A DNA stretch of 64,000 nucleotides from Rhodospirillales bacterium (GTDB lineage Bacteria > Pseudomonadota > Alphaproteobacteria > Kiloniellales > CBDCUY01). The first letter of the stretch is position 1; each line of letters opens with the position of its first letter. The stretch lies in contig OZ244972.1 in the NCBI GenBank assembly GCA_965222795.1, positions 492,286-556,285 of the forward strand, read 5' to 3'. The notes below the pieces were generated by a model, which was given only the letters and a program-made list of their open reading frames with translations, was not told the origin of the DNA and searched no databases. This document shows positions 1 to 9,865 of this stretch, piece by piece. Made by a program: the position numbers and the translations under genes.

Positions 1-365
1 GCTCCCTTGGCACGATTCATGCTAATCGCCCACGCGAGGCCCTGACTCGCTTGGAGAACATGATCGGGCTAGCCGGCATCAATCTCCCGGCCAAGGCTGT
101 GCGTACGCAAATCGCCAATGCAATCGATGTGATCATTCAGATCTCGCGCATGCGTGACGGAATGCGCCGGGTTACTCACGTAGTCGAAGTGGTCGGCATG
201 GAAGGCGAAATCATCACCACACAGGATCTTTACACCTTCGAGTTTGAGGGTGAAGATGCGAAAGGCCTGATTAAAGGCCAATTCCGATCCTCCGGGCTGA
301 GACCCCATTTCTTGCCGAAGGCCGCCTACTATGGCCTCGACCGTTCACTCATGGAGATTCTGTGA
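1..365 (+). CDS. cpaF: CpaF/TadA-type Flp (Tad) pilus secretion ATPase, C-terminal fragment; the 5' end lies outside the window
   Basis: The frame is open from the window edge (..SLGTIHANRPREALTRLENMIGLAG..VIIQISRMRDGMRRVTHVVEVVG..). This is the conserved C-terminal block of VirB11/CpaF-type ATPases. The stop at 363-365 overlaps the next gene's start. Confidence 0.8.
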   Translation, partial: SLGTIHANRPREALTRLENMIGLAGINLPAKAVRTQIANAIDVIIQISRMRDGMRRVTHVVEVVGMEGEIITTQDLYTFEFEGEDAKGLIKGQFRSSGLRPHFLPKAAYYGLDRSLMEIL

Positions 366-1381
366 TGGGTGCCTTCGGACTACCGCCTGATGCCTTAATC
401 AGGCTCATTGACATGATCCTGATCGGCATGCCCTTGGCGATCGGTATCTTAATCCTGCTGTTCGTGTTTGCTTCCGCCGGCAAAAAGAAGCGGGTCCAAA
501 ATCGCCGCGTTGCCCGCGCAAAGCTTGGTCATGGCCCCCGATCCGCCCAACCTGGCGCGATTAGTGTGAAGCGAAACACGACCTATAGTGATATCCAGCT
601 GCTGGACGTACTGATAAAGCGTGTTCTACCCCGACCGGAGATTCTGCGTGCGCGCCTCAGCAGCGCCGGCTTAGATATGTCCTTGGGCGTCTATATTGGG
701 ATCAATATCGTTGCTGTGATCATTGCCGGATTTGCCATGCAACTGAGCGGCTTGTTGCCGCCGGTTGGCGCCGCGATGGCCGGCACTGGCATAGGGATCA
801 TGATTCCCCATCTCATTGTCGGCTTCTTGCGAAAGCGACGACAGAAAAAATTCATCACCTATTTTCCCGATGCTATTGACCTCATGGTGCGTGGACTAAA
901 AGCCGGTTTGCCGATTACCGAATCGATCAAGGCGGCCGCCGATGAGATCTCGGACCCGGTTGGCTGGGAATTGAAACGGGTTACCGATGGCATGCGTTTA
1001 GGACGCAAGGTCGACGAACTCCTTTGGGAGACCGCCCAACGTATCGATGTCCCGGAATTCAAATTCTTCACGGTCAGCCTATCGATACAAAGTGAGACCG
1101 GCGGCAATTTGACCGAAACCCTGAACAACTTGGCCGAGGTGCTGCGCCGCCGCAAACAGTTGGGGCTAAAGATCAAAGCCCTGTCATCCGAGGCCAAGGC
1201 GAGTGCTTACATCATCGGATCTTTGCCCTTCTTAATGTTCACAATTCTCTATGTCCTCAATGCCGACTACATCATGCCATTGCTGACAGACCCGCGCGGA
1301 AACATGATGCTCGGCGGCGCCTTGGTGACGATCGGCGTCGGTGCCGGCGTCATGTATAAGATGCTGAGGTTCGAGGTATGA
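362..1381 (+). CDS. tadB: Flp pilus assembly inner-membrane protein TadB
   Basis: 339 aa with an N-terminal TM segment and a T2SS-F-like domain (FPDAIDLMVRGLKAGLPITESI...ETGGNLTETLNNLAEVLR). GTG/ATG at 362/365 overlaps the cpaF stop. Position is between cpaF and tadC. Confidence 0.8.
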   Translation: MMGAFGLPPDALIRLIDMILIGMPLAIGILILLFVFASAGKKKRVQNRRVARAKLGHGPRSAQPGAISVKRNTTYSDIQLLDVLIKRVLPRPEILRARLSSAGLDMSLGVYIGINIVAVIIAGFAMQLSGLLPPVGAAMAGTGIGIMIPHLIVGFLRKRRQKKFITYFPDAIDLMVRGLKAGLPITESIKAAADEISDPVGWELKRVTDGMRLGRKVDELLWETAQRIDVPEFKFFTVSLSIQSETGGNLTETLNNLAEVLRRRKQLGLKIKALSSEAKASAYIIGSLPFLMFTILYVLNADYIMPLLTDPRGNMMLGGALVTIGVGAGVMYKMLRFEV

Positions 1382-2352
1382 ATTTTGAAGCGTACCTGCC
1401 AGCCGGGATAGATTCCGGCGAACTGTTTATCCTGATGGCTGCGCTCTCGGCCTTTACCAGCGTTTTCGCCATTTGGTATACCTTGCTCAATCGCGACGGA
1501 ACTCAGCGGCGCATCAAAATGATTAGCGCGCAAAGAAATGCCATGCGTGCCGGTTTCAAGCGACCTCAGCGGCGCCAGGAAAGGCTGCAGCCGCTGACGG
1601 TCATGAAGCGCGTTGTCAACAAGCTCAAGCTGGTACAAAGTACCCAGACGGAGAAGGTGACAACAAGCCTGATGCGTGCCGGATGGCGTTCCAACGACGC
1701 CATCATCCGCTTCCTCTTTCTCAAGATCGCGATGCCGTTCATCATTGGTGGCATAGCGGTGATCTTTGTCTACGGTCTCGACATCGGACAGCTCGATTCC
1801 ACCGGCCGCCTCCTGGTTTGCCTGATGGCGGGTTTGGCGGCCGCCTACAGCCCAGAGATCTTCGTGCGCAATGCTGCCAGCAAGCGTCAAGACAAAATTC
1901 GCAAGGCCATTCCCGACGCTTTGGACCTCATGGTCATCTGCGCCGAAGCTGGCCTTAGCCTGGACGCGACCTTGATGCGGGTTGCCGAAGAAATCGCCGA
2001 GGCCGCGCCCGAAATCGCGGACGAACTGAGTGTGACCAGTTTGGAACTCGGGTTCTTGCCCGACCGGCGCAAGGCCCTGCAGAATTTGACCTTAAGGACC
2101 GATGTGCCCAGCATCAGAGCCATGGTCAATACCTTGATGCAGTCCGAACGCTACGGCACGCCGTTGGCCCACTCTCTGCGGGTCCTGGCCAACGAGTCTC
2201 GCGATGAGCGGATATTGAAGGCGGAAGAAAAGGCAGCCCGCTTGCCCGCTCTTCTGACCGTACCCATGATCGTCTTCATTCTGCCGCCACTCTTTGTCGT
2301 CCTGATCGGTCCGGCCGGCCTCGATATCGCCGACGCATTCAAGAACCTTTAA
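1378..2352 (+). CDS. tadC: Flp pilus assembly inner-membrane protein TadC
   Basis: 324 aa, paralogous to TadB (IPDALDLMVICAEAGLSLDATLMRV...SERYGTPLAHSLRVLANESR). ATGA start/stop overlap with tadB. Confidence 0.8.
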   Translation: MNFEAYLPAGIDSGELFILMAALSAFTSVFAIWYTLLNRDGTQRRIKMISAQRNAMRAGFKRPQRRQERLQPLTVMKRVVNKLKLVQSTQTEKVTTSLMRAGWRSNDAIIRFLFLKIAMPFIIGGIAVIFVYGLDIGQLDSTGRLLVCLMAGLAAAYSPEIFVRNAASKRQDKIRKAIPDALDLMVICAEAGLSLDATLMRVAEEIAEAAPEIADELSVTSLELGFLPDRRKALQNLTLRTDVPSIRAMVNTLMQSERYGTPLAHSLRVLANESRDERILKAEEKAARLPALLTVPMIVFILPPLFVVLIGPAGLDIADAFKNL

Positions 2353-2508
2353 GTCCGCCCAATTCGGGGACGAACGGGTCTAGGCTGAACCATCAACTCC
2401 CCCGACTCCGAGTGACAGCCGCGCCTGTCCCACAGGATTTCCCGATCGCCCAACTTAGAATTGAGCTAAGGTGCGGTCCATTGGTTCGACACTGCCAAGG
2501 CGTGCCCC

Positions 2509-4044
2509 ATGCTTCGCATCATGTTCACCTTGCTGTGCCTCACCTTCGCGGCTTGCGGCACCGGCGCAGAGGATAATGGAAAGAACTTCACTCATCCGAC
2601 CGCTGCTACGGCAAGTTTTGAGGCCACATCATGTTGGGTTGACATGGCGGAGGAAGCTCAGACCGACTGCGGGTGGTTGACCGTGCCCGAGCGCTGGGAC
2701 CGTCCGGGCACCCGCACGCTCAAGCTGCCGGTGGTGATCTACCAACCACGCGAGCCAGATCCAGACCTGGCGCCCGTGATCTTCCTTTCCGGCGGCCCGG
2801 GCTATCCTGCAACAGGACCAGATGGTGGAGAGCACATCCAAGGCTGGCGAGGCGGTGCAGATTATCTGTTCCCCAGCCGGGTCCTCATCGTCTTCGATCA
2901 ACGGGGCAGTGGCTTGGGCTTCCCTCGGCTCACTTGTCCTGAAGCCAAAGATCCGGCCTTCCGATGGGATCTTTCCACTGACCCGGAGGACTTCGGCGAC
3001 CGTAAGGAGCGCTTGCGCGCGGCCTATGTGGCCTGCCGGGATCGCCTGCTCTCTATGGGACACGACCTAGCCGCTTTCAACAGCCGCCAAAGCGCCGCCG
3101 ACGTCGAGGCACTTCGCCGCACGCTCGGTTTCGAGCAAGTCGTTCTCTTCGGCATCTCCTATGGCACTCGCCTGGCGCTGACGGTCATGCGGCACTACCC
3201 GGAGAATGTCTCCGCCGCCGTCCTTGATTCGGTGATCCCACCAAACACTCCGTGGATCGACCAGTTTGGCGAGGCCTACGGTGCAACGATCGACCGTCTA
3301 TTTGCTGCTTGTGCCGCACACGAACGTTGTCATCGAGCCTATCCCGACCTTAAGGACAACTTGCTGGCCGTGATCGACGCGCTGGCCCGGACACCATTGG
3401 TGATAGAGGTCGAAAATCGAAAAGGCCGCGAGCCGCTCTACGCCCGTATCGACCATCACGACTTCATCGAAATTCTGCGCAATGAGATGTACGTTTCGGC
3501 CCATATCGCCAAGCTGCCAATACTGATCGCCGGCATGGCAAAGGGGGAGCATTGGCGCCTCGAAGCCCATGCCGAGAACGTCATTTATGGCGACTTCCCG
3601 CGCAAATATGACATCGGCATGAGCTCTTCGGTCTACTGCCACGATAGGGCGAGCGAGCCCAAAGAGACCGCAGCTATGGAAGGCGATCATGCCTTTCTCA
3701 ACGCCTATAAGGCCTGGATAGAGGATCAAGACCTCTGTGCTGATTGGCCGTCAGGGATCGCTGGCACGGAGGCGGCGACCGCTGTGACAAGCGACATACC
3801 AAGCCTACTCCTCGCCGGCGCCCTCGATGCCTCAACGCCAGTGGAGTTCGCCGAGACGGCGGCTGAGACCTTGAGCGTATCACACCTCTTCGTTTTCCCG
3901 GCCAACGCCCACGAGCAGATATGGCGTGGTGAGTGCCCTCGTCAAATCCTGTGGGACTTCTTGGCCGACCCGGAAATCCGCCCCAACCCAGACTGTCTTC
4001 ACTCTCTGCGTCAACCGGCGTTCTTGGTCCTTGGTGGCGGCTGA
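2509..4044 (+). CDS. Secreted alpha/beta-hydrolase lipoprotein (S33/TAP-like peptidase or esterase)
   Basis: 511 aa. Lipoprotein-type signal MLRIMFTLLCLTFAAC. Nucleophile elbow GISYG in the ..VVLFGISYGTRLAL.. context. Oxyanion-like FLSGGPG. Confidence 0.7.
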   Translation: MLRIMFTLLCLTFAACGTGAEDNGKNFTHPTAATASFEATSCWVDMAEEAQTDCGWLTVPERWDRPGTRTLKLPVVIYQPREPDPDLAPVIFLSGGPGYPATGPDGGEHIQGWRGGADYLFPSRVLIVFDQRGSGLGFPRLTCPEAKDPAFRWDLSTDPEDFGDRKERLRAAYVACRDRLLSMGHDLAAFNSRQSAADVEALRRTLGFEQVVLFGISYGTRLALTVMRHYPENVSAAVLDSVIPPNTPWIDQFGEAYGATIDRLFAACAAHERCHRAYPDLKDNLLAVIDALARTPLVIEVENRKGREPLYARIDHHDFIEILRNEMYVSAHIAKLPILIAGMAKGEHWRLEAHAENVIYGDFPRKYDIGMSSSVYCHDRASEPKETAAMEGDHAFLNAYKAWIEDQDLCADWPSGIAGTEAATAVTSDIPSLLLAGALDASTPVEFAETAAETLSVSHLFVFPANAHEQIWRGECPRQILWDFLADPEIRPNPDCLHSLRQPAFLVLGGG

Positions 4045-4206
4045 TCCGAGTACAATCCTGGACCCAAAGCGGGTGGGTGATTGGCCCTTTTTTCTTAACC
4101 CTACCCAATTAGTATAGGCCTTGGTCTTCTCTTTCCTCGATTGGTCGGTGCCTACGCCGGCCCGTCGTGGTTAGGTTTTTTCTTACCCCCTCGGTTCAGG
4201 TGAGGA

Positions 4207-7095
4207 ATGTCAGAACTCGACGAACGCCGGCGGCAGGCAAGCCGCGTCGATACCTCTCCCTCGCCCGGAGATGACGTCAAATACACCACGTGCTACATGT
4301 GCGCCTGCCGCTGTGGCATTAAGGTCTATTTGAAAGACGGCAAGGTCCGTTACATCCAGGGAAACAGGGATCATCCGGTCAATCGCGGCGTGCTTTGCGC
4401 CAAGGGCTCGGCCGGAATCATGCAACACTACTCGCCGGCCCGGCTGACCAAGCCATTGAAACGAGTTGGCGAGCGCGGTGCCGGCACTTTCGTCGAAATC
4501 GAGTGGGAGGAAGCACTCAACATCGCCACGGAACGCTTGAAAGCCATCCGTGAAAGCGATCCCCGCAAGCTTGCCTTCTTCACCGGCCGCGACCAGAGTC
4601 AGGCGCTGACCGGTTGGTGGGCCAGTCAGTTCGGCACCCCCAATCACGCCGCCCATGGTGGATTTTGTTCAGTCAACATGGCCGCCGGCGGCCTCTACAC
4701 CATCGGCGGCTCCTTCTGGGAGTTCGGCGAGCCGGACTGGGCCCGCAGTCGTTATCTTCTGATGTTCGGGGTGGCCGAGGATCATGACAGCAACCCGATC
4801 AAAATCGGCCTTGGCAAGCTGAAGGCGGCAGGCGCCAAGTTCGTTTCCGTTAACCCCGTGCGGACCGGCTATTCGGCGATCGCCGACGAGTGGTTGGGCA
4901 TCACCCCCGGAACCGACGGGCTTTTCGCTCTTTCCTTGGTGCACGAGCTTCTGAAGGCGGGCAAGGTCGATATCGATTACCTGATTCGCTACACCAACGC
5001 CCCCTGGCTGGTCATCGAAAACCCGGGCGAGGCCGACGACGGCCTCTTCGCCCGAGATGAAGACGGTCAGCCGCTGGTTTGGGACCGCGAGAAGGAAGCC
5101 TTGGCTGGCGCCTACGCCGTCAATGCCAAGCCGTCCCTGAAGGGGCGCGTCAAGCTGGAAGATGGCCGCGACGCGGTGCCGGTCTTCCATTTGCTCGCCG
5201 AGCGCTATCTGGATGAAAAATACAAGCCGGAAGCGGTTGCAGAAAACTGCGGCATCCCGGCCGAGACAATCAAGCGCATTGCCGCTGAATTGGTCGACGC
5301 TGCCTTCACCCAAGAGGTCGTGGTCAAGGTGCCCTGGACCGACTGGAAGGGCGACCGCCACGAGACGATGGTGGGGCGACCGGTCTCCATGCACGCCATG
5401 CGCGGCATTTCAGCCCACTCCAACGGCTTTCACAGCTGCCGGGCCATTCACCTGCTGCAGGTCCTGCTTGGCTCCATCGATACTCCGGGCGGGTTCCGCT
5501 ACAAGCCGCCCTTCCCGCGGCCGGCCCCGCCTGGTCCTAAGCCGGCTGGCAAGGTCGGGCAGGTCGCGCCAGACACTCCCCTACCCGGCCCGCCGCTCGG
5601 CTTTCCGACCGGACCGGAAGACCTGCTGATCGAAGAAGACGGGTCGCCGCGACGCATCGACAAGGCTTTTTCCTGGGATGCGCCGCTCTCCAACCATGGC
5701 CTCATGCATGCGGTCATCACCAATGCCTGGAAGGGCGATCCCTATTCCATCGATACCCTTTTCATGTACATGGCGAACATGGCCTGGAACTCGGCCATGA
5801 ACACTGCCGGCACCATGAAAATGCTGACCGACAAGGACAGCGAAGGTAACTACCGCATCCCTTTCTTCATTTATGCGGATGCTTACTTTTCCGAAACCGT
5901 GGCCTATGCCGACCTGGTGCTGCCGGACACCACCTATTTGGAGCGCTGGGACTGCGTTTCCATTCTCGACCGGCCGATTTGCGAGGCCGACGGGCCGGCT
6001 GATGCCATTCGCCAGCCGGTGGTCGAGCCGGACCGCGATGTGCGGCCCTTCCAAGACGTGCTGATCGATCTCGGCGCCCGCCTTGGCCTACCCGGCCTTA
6101 CCAAGGAGGAAGGCGCGCCCCGCTATCCGGGCGGCTATGCCGATTATCTGGTGAACCATGAGCGCCAACCCGGAGTCGGGCCGCTCGCCGGATGGCGCGG
6201 CGAGGATGGTCAGCAACACGGCCGCGGCGCCCCCAATCCCAAGCAACTGGAACGCTACATCGAAAACAAGTGCTTTTGGCACGAGGAATTGGCCGAGGAA
6301 GCGAGGTATTTTAAGCACGCCAATCAAGCCTACCTCGACTACGCGGCCAAGATGGGCTGGATCGCCAATCCCGCGCCGATCATCCTGCAGCTCTATGCTG
6401 AACCGCTGCAGCGCTTCCGCTTGGCGGCCTTGGGTCATGGAGAAAGTCAGCCGCCGGACGACAAGCGCGAACGCGTCAAGACCTACTTCGATCCCTTGCC
6501 GATCTGGTACCAGCCCTTCGAGGATGAAGAAAACGACGAGGCCCGTTTTCCCCTGCATGCGGTAACCCAGCGGCCCATGGCCATGTATCACTCCTGGGGC
6601 TCACAGAACGCCTGGCTGCGCCAAATCCATGGCTGGAACCCTCTCTATCTGCCGCGCCGCCTGGCCGAAGAGATCGGTGTCGAGAACGATGATTGGGTTT
6701 GGGTCACCAGCCGCAATGGCCGCATCAAGGTACCGGTCCGCCTGATGGACGGGGTCAACGACAAGACGATCTGGACCTGGAATGCCATCGGCAAGCGGGC
6801 CGGCGCCTGGAACCTGGACCCGCAATCACCGGAGGCGACCCGGGGCTTTTTGCTGAACCATCTGATCGACGACCTGCTGCCGGAACGTGAAAGCGGCTAT
6901 CGCTACTCCAATTCGGATCCGGTCACCGGCCAGGCCGCCTGGTATGATCTCAGGGTGCGGGTGGAAAAGGCCAGCGCCGCCGAGGCCGGCGAGGTGGTGC
7001 CGAGCTTCCCGGCCTTCCAGCCGCCACCGGGCAGCAAGTCCCGCCCGGAACGGCTGCGCTATGGCGCTGAATTCAAGAAGAGGGGGCGGCGATGA
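4207..7095 (+). CDS. Mo-bis(PGD) oxidoreductase catalytic subunit with no Tat leader; SoeA-like (candidate cytoplasmic sulfite dehydrogenase)
   Basis: 962 aa. N-terminal FeS motif C-x2-C-x3-C...C (TCYMCACRCG...VLCAKG) begins about 29 aa from the start, with no RRxFLK leader. Contains a GGFCSVN segment with a candidate Mo-ligand Cys. ATGA-coupled to a ferredoxin subunit and followed by a membrane anchor. Confidence 0.75.
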   Translation: MSELDERRRQASRVDTSPSPGDDVKYTTCYMCACRCGIKVYLKDGKVRYIQGNRDHPVNRGVLCAKGSAGIMQHYSPARLTKPLKRVGERGAGTFVEIEWEEALNIATERLKAIRESDPRKLAFFTGRDQSQALTGWWASQFGTPNHAAHGGFCSVNMAAGGLYTIGGSFWEFGEPDWARSRYLLMFGVAEDHDSNPIKIGLGKLKAAGAKFVSVNPVRTGYSAIADEWLGITPGTDGLFALSLVHELLKAGKVDIDYLIRYTNAPWLVIENPGEADDGLFARDEDGQPLVWDREKEALAGAYAVNAKPSLKGRVKLEDGRDAVPVFHLLAERYLDEKYKPEAVAENCGIPAETIKRIAAELVDAAFTQEVVVKVPWTDWKGDRHETMVGRPVSMHAMRGISAHSNGFHSCRAIHLLQVLLGSIDTPGGFRYKPPFPRPAPPGPKPAGKVGQVAPDTPLPGPPLGFPTGPEDLLIEEDGSPRRIDKAFSWDAPLSNHGLMHAVITNAWKGDPYSIDTLFMYMANMAWNSAMNTAGTMKMLTDKDSEGNYRIPFFIYADAYFSETVAYADLVLPDTTYLERWDCVSILDRPICEADGPADAIRQPVVEPDRDVRPFQDVLIDLGARLGLPGLTKEEGAPRYPGGYADYLVNHERQPGVGPLAGWRGEDGQQHGRGAPNPKQLERYIENKCFWHEELAEEARYFKHANQAYLDYAAKMGWIANPAPIILQLYAEPLQRFRLAALGHGESQPPDDKRERVKTYFDPLPIWYQPFEDEENDEARFPLHAVTQRPMAMYHSWGSQNAWLRQIHGWNPLYLPRRLAEEIGVENDDWVWVTSRNGRIKVPVRLMDGVNDKTIWTWNAIGKRAGAWNLDPQSPEATRGFLLNHLIDDLLPERESGYRYSNSDPVTGQAAWYDLRVRVEKASAAEAGEVVPSFPAFQPPPGSKSRPERLRYGAEFKKRGRR

Positions 7096-7829
7096 CTTCC
7101 CTGCCCCGCACCCCGCCGCGCAAGCGCCTCGGCCTGGTGATCGATCTCGATACCTGCGTCGGCTGTCATGCTTGCGTCGTCAATTGCAAGGAATGGAACA
7201 CCGGCGGCTATCCAGCTCCACTCAGCGACAGCGACCCCTACGGCCCAGAGGCGCGCGGCGCCTGGCTCAACCGCGTCCACAGCTTCGAAGCGGGCGAAGG
7301 TGCTGCCGGCCGCACGGTGCACTTCCCCAAATCCTGCCTGCATTGCCAGGATGCCGACTGTGTCACAGTCTGCCCGACCGGCGCTTCCTACAAGCGGCTG
7401 GAGGACGGCATCGTTCTGGTAGATGAGTCGATGTGCATCGGCTGCGGGCTTTGCGCTTGGGCATGCCCTTACGGCGCCCGCGAGCTCGACGCCAATGAAG
7501 GCGTCATGAAGAAGTGCACGCTTTGCATCGACCGTATCTACAACAGCAATCTCGATCCCGTCGACCGGGTGCCGGCCTGCGTCGCCACCTGCCCGGCCTC
7601 GGCCCGCCATTTCGGCGATCTGGCCGACCCGAAATCAGAAGTCTCGCAGCTGGTGGCCGAGCGCGGCGGCATGGATCTCATGCCCGAGATGGGCTATCGG
7701 CCGACCAACAAGTATCTGCCGCCGCGCAAGATGACGGCACCGCCGGCACAGGAGCCCAAGGCGCTGGAGCCGGATGAGGCGGGCGGATTTCTCGGCTGGC
7801 TCGACCGGCTGTTGTCGGACCAGCCCTAG
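7092..7829 (+). CDS. 4Fe-4S dicluster electron-transfer subunit (DmsB/PsrB/SoeB-like)
   Basis: 245 aa with repeated ferredoxin motifs (CVGCHACVVNCK; CLHCQDADCVTVCP; CIGCGLCAWACP; CTLC...CVATCP). Its start overlaps the stop of the catalytic subunit. Confidence 0.85.
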   Translation: MTSLPRTPPRKRLGLVIDLDTCVGCHACVVNCKEWNTGGYPAPLSDSDPYGPEARGAWLNRVHSFEAGEGAAGRTVHFPKSCLHCQDADCVTVCPTGASYKRLEDGIVLVDESMCIGCGLCAWACPYGARELDANEGVMKKCTLCIDRIYNSNLDPVDRVPACVATCPASARHFGDLADPKSEVSQLVAERGGMDLMPEMGYRPTNKYLPPRKMTAPPAQEPKALEPDEAGGFLGWLDRLLSDQP

Positions 7830-7840
7830 GGGGAACCGCC

Positions 7841-8788
7841 ATGCATCCTGCCGGCTCCATTGTGCTATTCACCTCGCTTTCGGGCATCGGCTATGGCCTG
7901 CTCGCCTGGATGGGTTTGCTGGCGGCTCTGGGCGTGCTGCCGCCGGAGTCAGAGCTCGGCCTGATCGGCCTAGCTTTCGCCTTCATCCTGATCGTCATCG
8001 GCCTGGTTTCCTCGACCTTTCACCTCGGCCATCCGGAGCGTGCCTGGCGGGCGCTCAGCCAATGGCGCTCGTCTTGGCTGTCGCGCGAAGGGGTGATGGC
8101 GATCGTGACCTTCGGGCCGGCGCTGCTCTTCGCCTATGCCTGGGTGATCAACGGCAAAACCGATGGTTCGGCGGCCTTCTTCGGACTCTTAAGCGCGCTT
8201 GCAGCCGGCATCACCGTTGCCTGCACGGCGATGATCTATGCCTCCCTCAAGCCGATCCACGCCTGGCACAATTCCTGGGTGCTGCCCAATTACCTGCTGC
8301 TGGCGGCCATGGCCGGGCTGCTGTGGTGCAACCTCCTGGCCAAGCTTTTCCTGTTGCCGGGAAGCGCCATTACCTGGCTGGCGCTGATTGCCATTCTGCT
8401 TGCCTGGGCGATCAAGCACAATCACTGGCGGCACATCGACGGCTCGGCGGCCAAGGCGACGCCAGAAAGCGCCACCGGTCTCGGCAAGCTGGGCAAGGTA
8501 CGCCTGCTCGACCCGCCGCACAGCCAGAGCAACTATCTGCGCCAAGAGATGGGCTTTCAGATCGCCCGCAAGCACGCCGGCAAGCTGCGCCGCCTGACTC
8601 TAGTCTTCGCCTTCTTCCTGCCCTTGGCCTTGAGCCTCTTGCTGCTCGGTCTTAGTGGCGCCTTTGCCGCTCTCATTGCTGCTCTGGCCGCGGCCTCGGC
8701 CAGCCTGGGCATCCTGATCGAGCGCTGGCTCTTCTTCGCCGAGGCCAAGCACACGGTTACCCTCTATTACGGCGCGGAGGCGGCCTGA
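7841..8788 (+). CDS. Polytopic membrane anchor subunit (DmsC/NrfD/SoeC-like)
   Basis: 315 aa, almost entirely hydrophobic helices. Third gene of the oxidoreductase unit, starting 11 nt after the ferredoxin stop. Confidence 0.75.
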   Translation: MHPAGSIVLFTSLSGIGYGLLAWMGLLAALGVLPPESELGLIGLAFAFILIVIGLVSSTFHLGHPERAWRALSQWRSSWLSREGVMAIVTFGPALLFAYAWVINGKTDGSAAFFGLLSALAAGITVACTAMIYASLKPIHAWHNSWVLPNYLLLAAMAGLLWCNLLAKLFLLPGSAITWLALIAILLAWAIKHNHWRHIDGSAAKATPESATGLGKLGKVRLLDPPHSQSNYLRQEMGFQIARKHAGKLRRLTLVFAFFLPLALSLLLLGLSGAFAALIAALAAASASLGILIERWLFFAEAKHTVTLYYGAEAA

Positions 8789-8835
8789 GCCGATCAACGC
8801 CGGCCAGTGCCAGCGACAATCCCTTAAAGAAAGAT

Positions 8836-8868
8836 GGGCCCCGGATTTCTCCAGGGCCCTTCTTTCTT
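8836..8868 (+). terminator. Rho-independent terminator after the oxidoreductase operon (possibly bidirectional)
   Basis: GGGCCCCGGA-tttc-TCCAGGGCCC: a 10-bp stem with 1 mismatch, followed by TTCTTTCTT. An AAAGAAAGA tract precedes the stem. Confidence 0.7.
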
Positions 8869-9138
8869 AGGCGCGAGCCAAACACGTCCCTCCGCCCTCT
8901 TTTCGACGATTACTTCGGCCGCATTGCGCCCTCCCTGCAAGCGATTCAAACCAGTAAATCACTGCAAAAAGATGCACACAAATTGCCAGAAAACCCGCGC
9001 CAGTGAGCCAGAGCCTTGTTATCAAGGTCGCAGGCAAATGATAAATTTCTATAGGCGTTCAACAGGTTGTGAATTTTTTACGGCAGTTAATTTGGATGAA
9101 GTGGCTACCCCTGCCTACCTGGTGATGTAGCTGACTGG

Positions 9139-9669
9139 TTAGGTGTCACCAAGTAGCGCCAACTCCCGGGCGTAGCGTTTCCAATTCTCAACATAGTGCC
9201 GGGCGCTGGCCGTGTTGGAGGCGATTTCCTCGTCACTGAGTGAGCGCACGATCTTGCCCGGCAAGCCCATCACTAAAGAACCATCAGGTATCTCCTTGCC
9301 CTCCGGGACGAGGCAGCGGGCGGCAATCAAACAATTGCGGCCAACCCTCGCGCCGTTCAGGATGACCGCACCGATACCGATCAAACTGTTGTCACCAATG
9401 GTACAGCCGTGCAGCATGACTTGGTGGCCGACCGTCACGTCCCGACCCAGCGTCAAGGGATATCCCTCGTCAGCATGAAAGACAGAACCATCTTGGACAT
9501 TGGACCCTTCGCCGATCACGATGGGCTCAATGTCGCCGCGCAACACCGCCTGCCACCAGACACTTGCATTGCGATGCAACTCGACCTTTCCGATGATCGT
9601 GGCATTGGGAGCGATCCAACAATTGGCGTCCGACATCCGTGGACGGTCCTGACCCAAGGCATACTGCAT
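9139..9669 (-). CDS. Gamma-carbonic-anhydrase-like / hexapeptide-repeat (LbH) protein (YrdA/PaaY family)
   Basis: Left-handed beta-helix repeats (..[70 protein letters not shown]..). I chose the start at MQYALG (9669). The ORF extends to 9750. Confidence 0.8.
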   Translation of the reverse strand: MQYALGQDRPRMSDANCWIAPNATIIGKVELHRNASVWWQAVLRGDIEPIVIGEGSNVQDGSVFHADEGYPLTLGRDVTVGHQVMLHGCTIGDNSLIGIGAVILNGARVGRNCLIAARCLVPEGKEIPDGSLVMGLPGKIVRSLSDEEIASNTASARHYVENWKRYARELALLGDT

Positions 9670-9775
9670 AAGGTTGGCTCCTTCGATTCGATGACCTCTA
9701 AATCGGCGCAGGTTGTCAGAGTGGCCTGTCCAGGTCAAAAGCTGCGGCACAAACCAAAACGACCTGGTGTATTGC

Positions 9776-9851
9776 TAGTGTGGTGGATCTGAAGTTCGTA
9801 TGATTATCGGGGCGCCAAATGAAACGAACTTCAGATCCGAAAACCACACTA
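9776..9851. repeat. Hairpin element A (76 nt, imperfect palindrome)
   Basis: TAGTGTGG pairs with CCACACTA (8 bp). GGATCTGAAGTTCGT pairs with ACGAACTTCAGATCC (15 bp perfect). 24-nt loop. Preceded by TTGCTAGTG. Confidence 0.8.
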
Positions 9852-9865
9852 AATTCAACAAGTTG

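Noticed and set aside
8834-9130. 98-aa ORF in the low-GC gap after the oxidoreductase operon
   Set aside because: It begins inside the terminator hairpin, has no SD, and has an odd composition (Cys/Lys/Thr-rich tail). This is probably non-coding spacer.
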